A DNA stretch of 64,000 nucleotides, from positions 190,898,001 to 190,962,000 of the forward strand of contig OX597814.1 of the NCBI GenBank assembly GCA_951406725.2. Reading direction: 5' to 3'. Made by a program: the position numbers and the translations under genes. Shown here piece after piece: positions 61,107 to 64,000 of the stretch; position 1 is the first letter of the stretch, and each line of letters begins with the position of its first letter. The notes under the pieces are model-generated. The model was not told the DNA's origin. It did no database searches and saw only the letters and a program-made list of their open reading frames with translations. The stretch is from Octopus vulgaris. Its lineage: Eukaryota.

Positions 61107-64000
61107 GTATACACGAATGTGTGTGTGATGACGCATTTGTCCCCACCACTGCTTGACAACTGAGCTGGTGTGCTTATGATCCCAGTAACTTAGTAGTTTA
61201 GCAAGAGACCGATACAGTAAATACTAGGCTGAAAAAAAAAAAGAAAAAGAAGAACAGGGGCTAATTCAATTGACTGAAATACTTCAAGGTGATGCCCCGG
61301 CATGGCCACAGTCTGAAACAAAATATGACAAAAAATTATATATATATATACATACATACACACACACATATATATAATGATGGGCTTCCACACTGTCTAG
61401 TAAATCCACCCACGAGGCATTGGTCAGCTTGGGGCTATATTAGAAAACATTTGCTCAAGGTGCTGCCCAGTAAGACTGAACCTGAAACCACATGGTTACA
61501 AAGTGAAGTTTTCAACAACACAGCCATGCTTATGCCTATTACAAGGCAAATAGGAGATGAAATTCACCATGCTTTTTATATTTTTTTATAGCTATTTCAC
61601 GCAGTTAAAACTAAGAGATAGTGTAGTTTTAAAGAGAGAAATGCATTTATTGAATGTAACAGTGCAGCAAACAGATAAATGTTCAATAGAAAACGATAAT
61701 ATTTCTATTTCAAGCAGATTAACGGCAACATTAAGAAAAGTCAATGAAATTTTTAAATAGCTTTATAAAACAGATTTAGATTTTATGTAATATGTTTTTC
61801 ACATCTGAAAAAGAGTAAAAAGAATGTTGACACCATTTCAACTGCTGAGGTGTTGGTTCACATTCATTACAAAGTTATTTTAACCAATCAGGAATTTTAA
61901 TCAATTGGGGATTTTAACCAACCAGAAATAAGTACTGTATTTTCTGGCACACAAGTCAACATAGAATATAGTATAAACATACAGTGTAAACATTCAAACG
62001 TCATCCTGTGGCATTTCACATGGAATTTTTGGTCCTCCAAAGTCATCTTGGCATAGTACTGGTCTGAAAAATTCAACTTGTATGTCTGGAAATTTGATAG
62101 TCTGTGAGCCATTTCCAGGATATTTAAGGAGAAGCCAAACTGTTCACAGATCACTCCTTTTGGCTCTCCATTCACTTGACACAGAACAGATTCAATGCTC
62201 TTGCTAACTGCCTCAAATCATATGATACATTAAGTTGAGCAAAAAAGAATCCTTTGCAATTCGTATTTTGACCAGTTTGAAAAAACATTGATTTCTCTTT
62301 CTTCTACCACTGTGCCATGATCCACTAGTTCACATGATGTACAAAACATGAAACTGAAAATTTTCTTAACATAATTCACTTTGTAAAACAAATATGTGTG
62401 TGTGCACGTGCATGTGATCATTTAATGTCCATTTTCCCATGCTCACACAGGACAGATGAGGTTTTGTTGAGGCATTTTCTACAGCCTGATGCTCTGTCAC
62501 AAATATGTACATGTGTGATCATTTAATGTCTGCTTTTCTATGCTCACACAGGACAGATGAGATTTTGTTGAGGCATATTTTCTACAGCCAGATGCCCTTC
62601 CCGCCACCAATCCTCGCAAATTTTCAGGTAAGATAACAATTTCCCAAGGTCAGACCTGGAAAAAAGAGCTTCACTTTATGGTGATAATACTCATTGACAA
62701 TCGTCACGGAATGCCTAAACAAGGGTACACACAAACATAACATACCCATAAATACGTATGCATGCATGTATGTTCACATACAATACACTTCTTCCATTTT
62801 CTGTCTACCAAATCTACTCACAAGGCTTTGGATGACCCAGAGCTATAGTAGAAGGCACTTACCCAAGGTGTTATGCAGTGAGACTGAACCTGAGACCATG
62901 TGGTTGGAAAACAAACTTCTTAACCACACAACTAAGTTTGTGTCTACCAACCTAAATAAAACAGATATCACACACACACACACACACACAAAATTATATC
63001 ATGAAACCTCTGAAGATATTCTGTAATTTTAAATCTAGCATTAAGGGTTTTATCAGTTATAAAATTTCGGGCTTTGTGCCTAGAGTAGAAAAGAATCAAT
63101 GTGAACAGTGTGTGACAAAGTTGTACCTCTGAATTACAGATATATATACAATCTGTCTTATGGGTTTCTTTATTGTTTCTCTCTACCCAATTTCACTCAC
63201 AAAATATGGGTCAACCAGAGACCATAAAAAATGGCATTTGCCCAAAATGCCATGCAGTGGGATCGAACCTGCGACCTCATAACTGCAAAATAAACTTCTT
63301 GACCATTCAGTCATATGGTGCCTATCTTAGTAGATTACAAACTATGCTAATACATGCTTTTGGTGCCAGCAAAAGACATTGGGCCATATATCGATCATAC
63401 CAATTTAAATTAAAACATTATTGTCCATTAATATTAACACTATAGTAATAATATGATTCATAAATACAGGACAAAAAAAAATTGATACAATGTTTCATAA
63501 TTTTTTTCTCCAGTTAATGAGTTGAATTTTGATATCATAAGGTGATATTTATTACTTAGGCCTCTTTTTCCATGAGGACCATGAAATCCTGGCTTTTTTT
63601 TTTTTTTTTTTCTTGTTTTCAATTTAGAGAGCTAATTTGAAGGAATAATCTAATACAGAAAACAAAGAATCTGTAATTAAAATCTGGCCAACTGCAAGTG
63701 AGATATAAAAGACTAAAAGGTGAAAAGAAAGAAAAAAAAACACATTTATTTTAAATTTTATAATTGGCTGTATTGTAATCAATCTTGAAGTAACATTTGA
63801 GAAAATGTTTGGAAATCGTTTGGGGGATAATTTAATCAGTAAATCTATTCAAATAAAATTTCAGATGAACGATACGACGCAATTTAAAAGGCAATTTCAA
63901 CAGTATTAACCTTTTGTTAGTTGCCAATTAATTAGGTTCAAATGCATCTGAAAAAAGTGCTGTCTGGCCACCAGTAAGTAAAACCCATGATCTTGGTTCA

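Noticed and set aside
61860-62230. LINE endonuclease remnant (IGDFNQPEI); similar faint LINE traces at about 17640-18240 and 28960-29340
   Set aside because: Too degenerate to bound or classify by eye.
63-63445. Most short ORFs in the six-frame track
   Set aside because: They are microsatellite translations (YIYI, HTHT, VCVC) or antisense/SINE-derived frames with no protein motifs.

Overview
AT-rich, microsatellite- and repeat-dense eukaryotic DNA. The SINE, RTE, CR1 and Penelope complement suggests an octopus (coleoid cephalopod); this is an inference. The window holds the 3' part of a minus-strand, intron-rich CCDC6 ortholog: seven coding exons from 56355 down to the stop at 13692, all with GT-AG boundaries and matching phases. 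The 5' exons lie beyond 64000, and a repeat-poor probable 3'UTR follows the stop. The rest is transposon debris: a decayed Penelope-like (RT + GIY-YIG) element, several hammerhead-ribozyme-bearing Penelope termini with inverted repeats, RTE and CR1 LINE fragments, tRNA-derived SINEs, Helitrons, and mariner/pogo/piggyBac/hAT-like remnants. A frameshifted NUSAP1-like fragment sits at about 3571-4225. Two observations stand out. (1) The penultimate CCDC6 exon has an internally duplicated, in-frame 90-nt extension with a second GTAAGT donor, and this donor is covered by a roughly 115-nt G-U-rich long-range RNA duplex with an intronic element 5.7 kb downstream. (2) A single TSD-flanked insertion joins a tRNA-derived head to a hammerhead-bearing Penelope-type tail with an inverted 5' copy, a candidate PLE-mobilised SINE. 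All calls come from manual reading; no searches were run.
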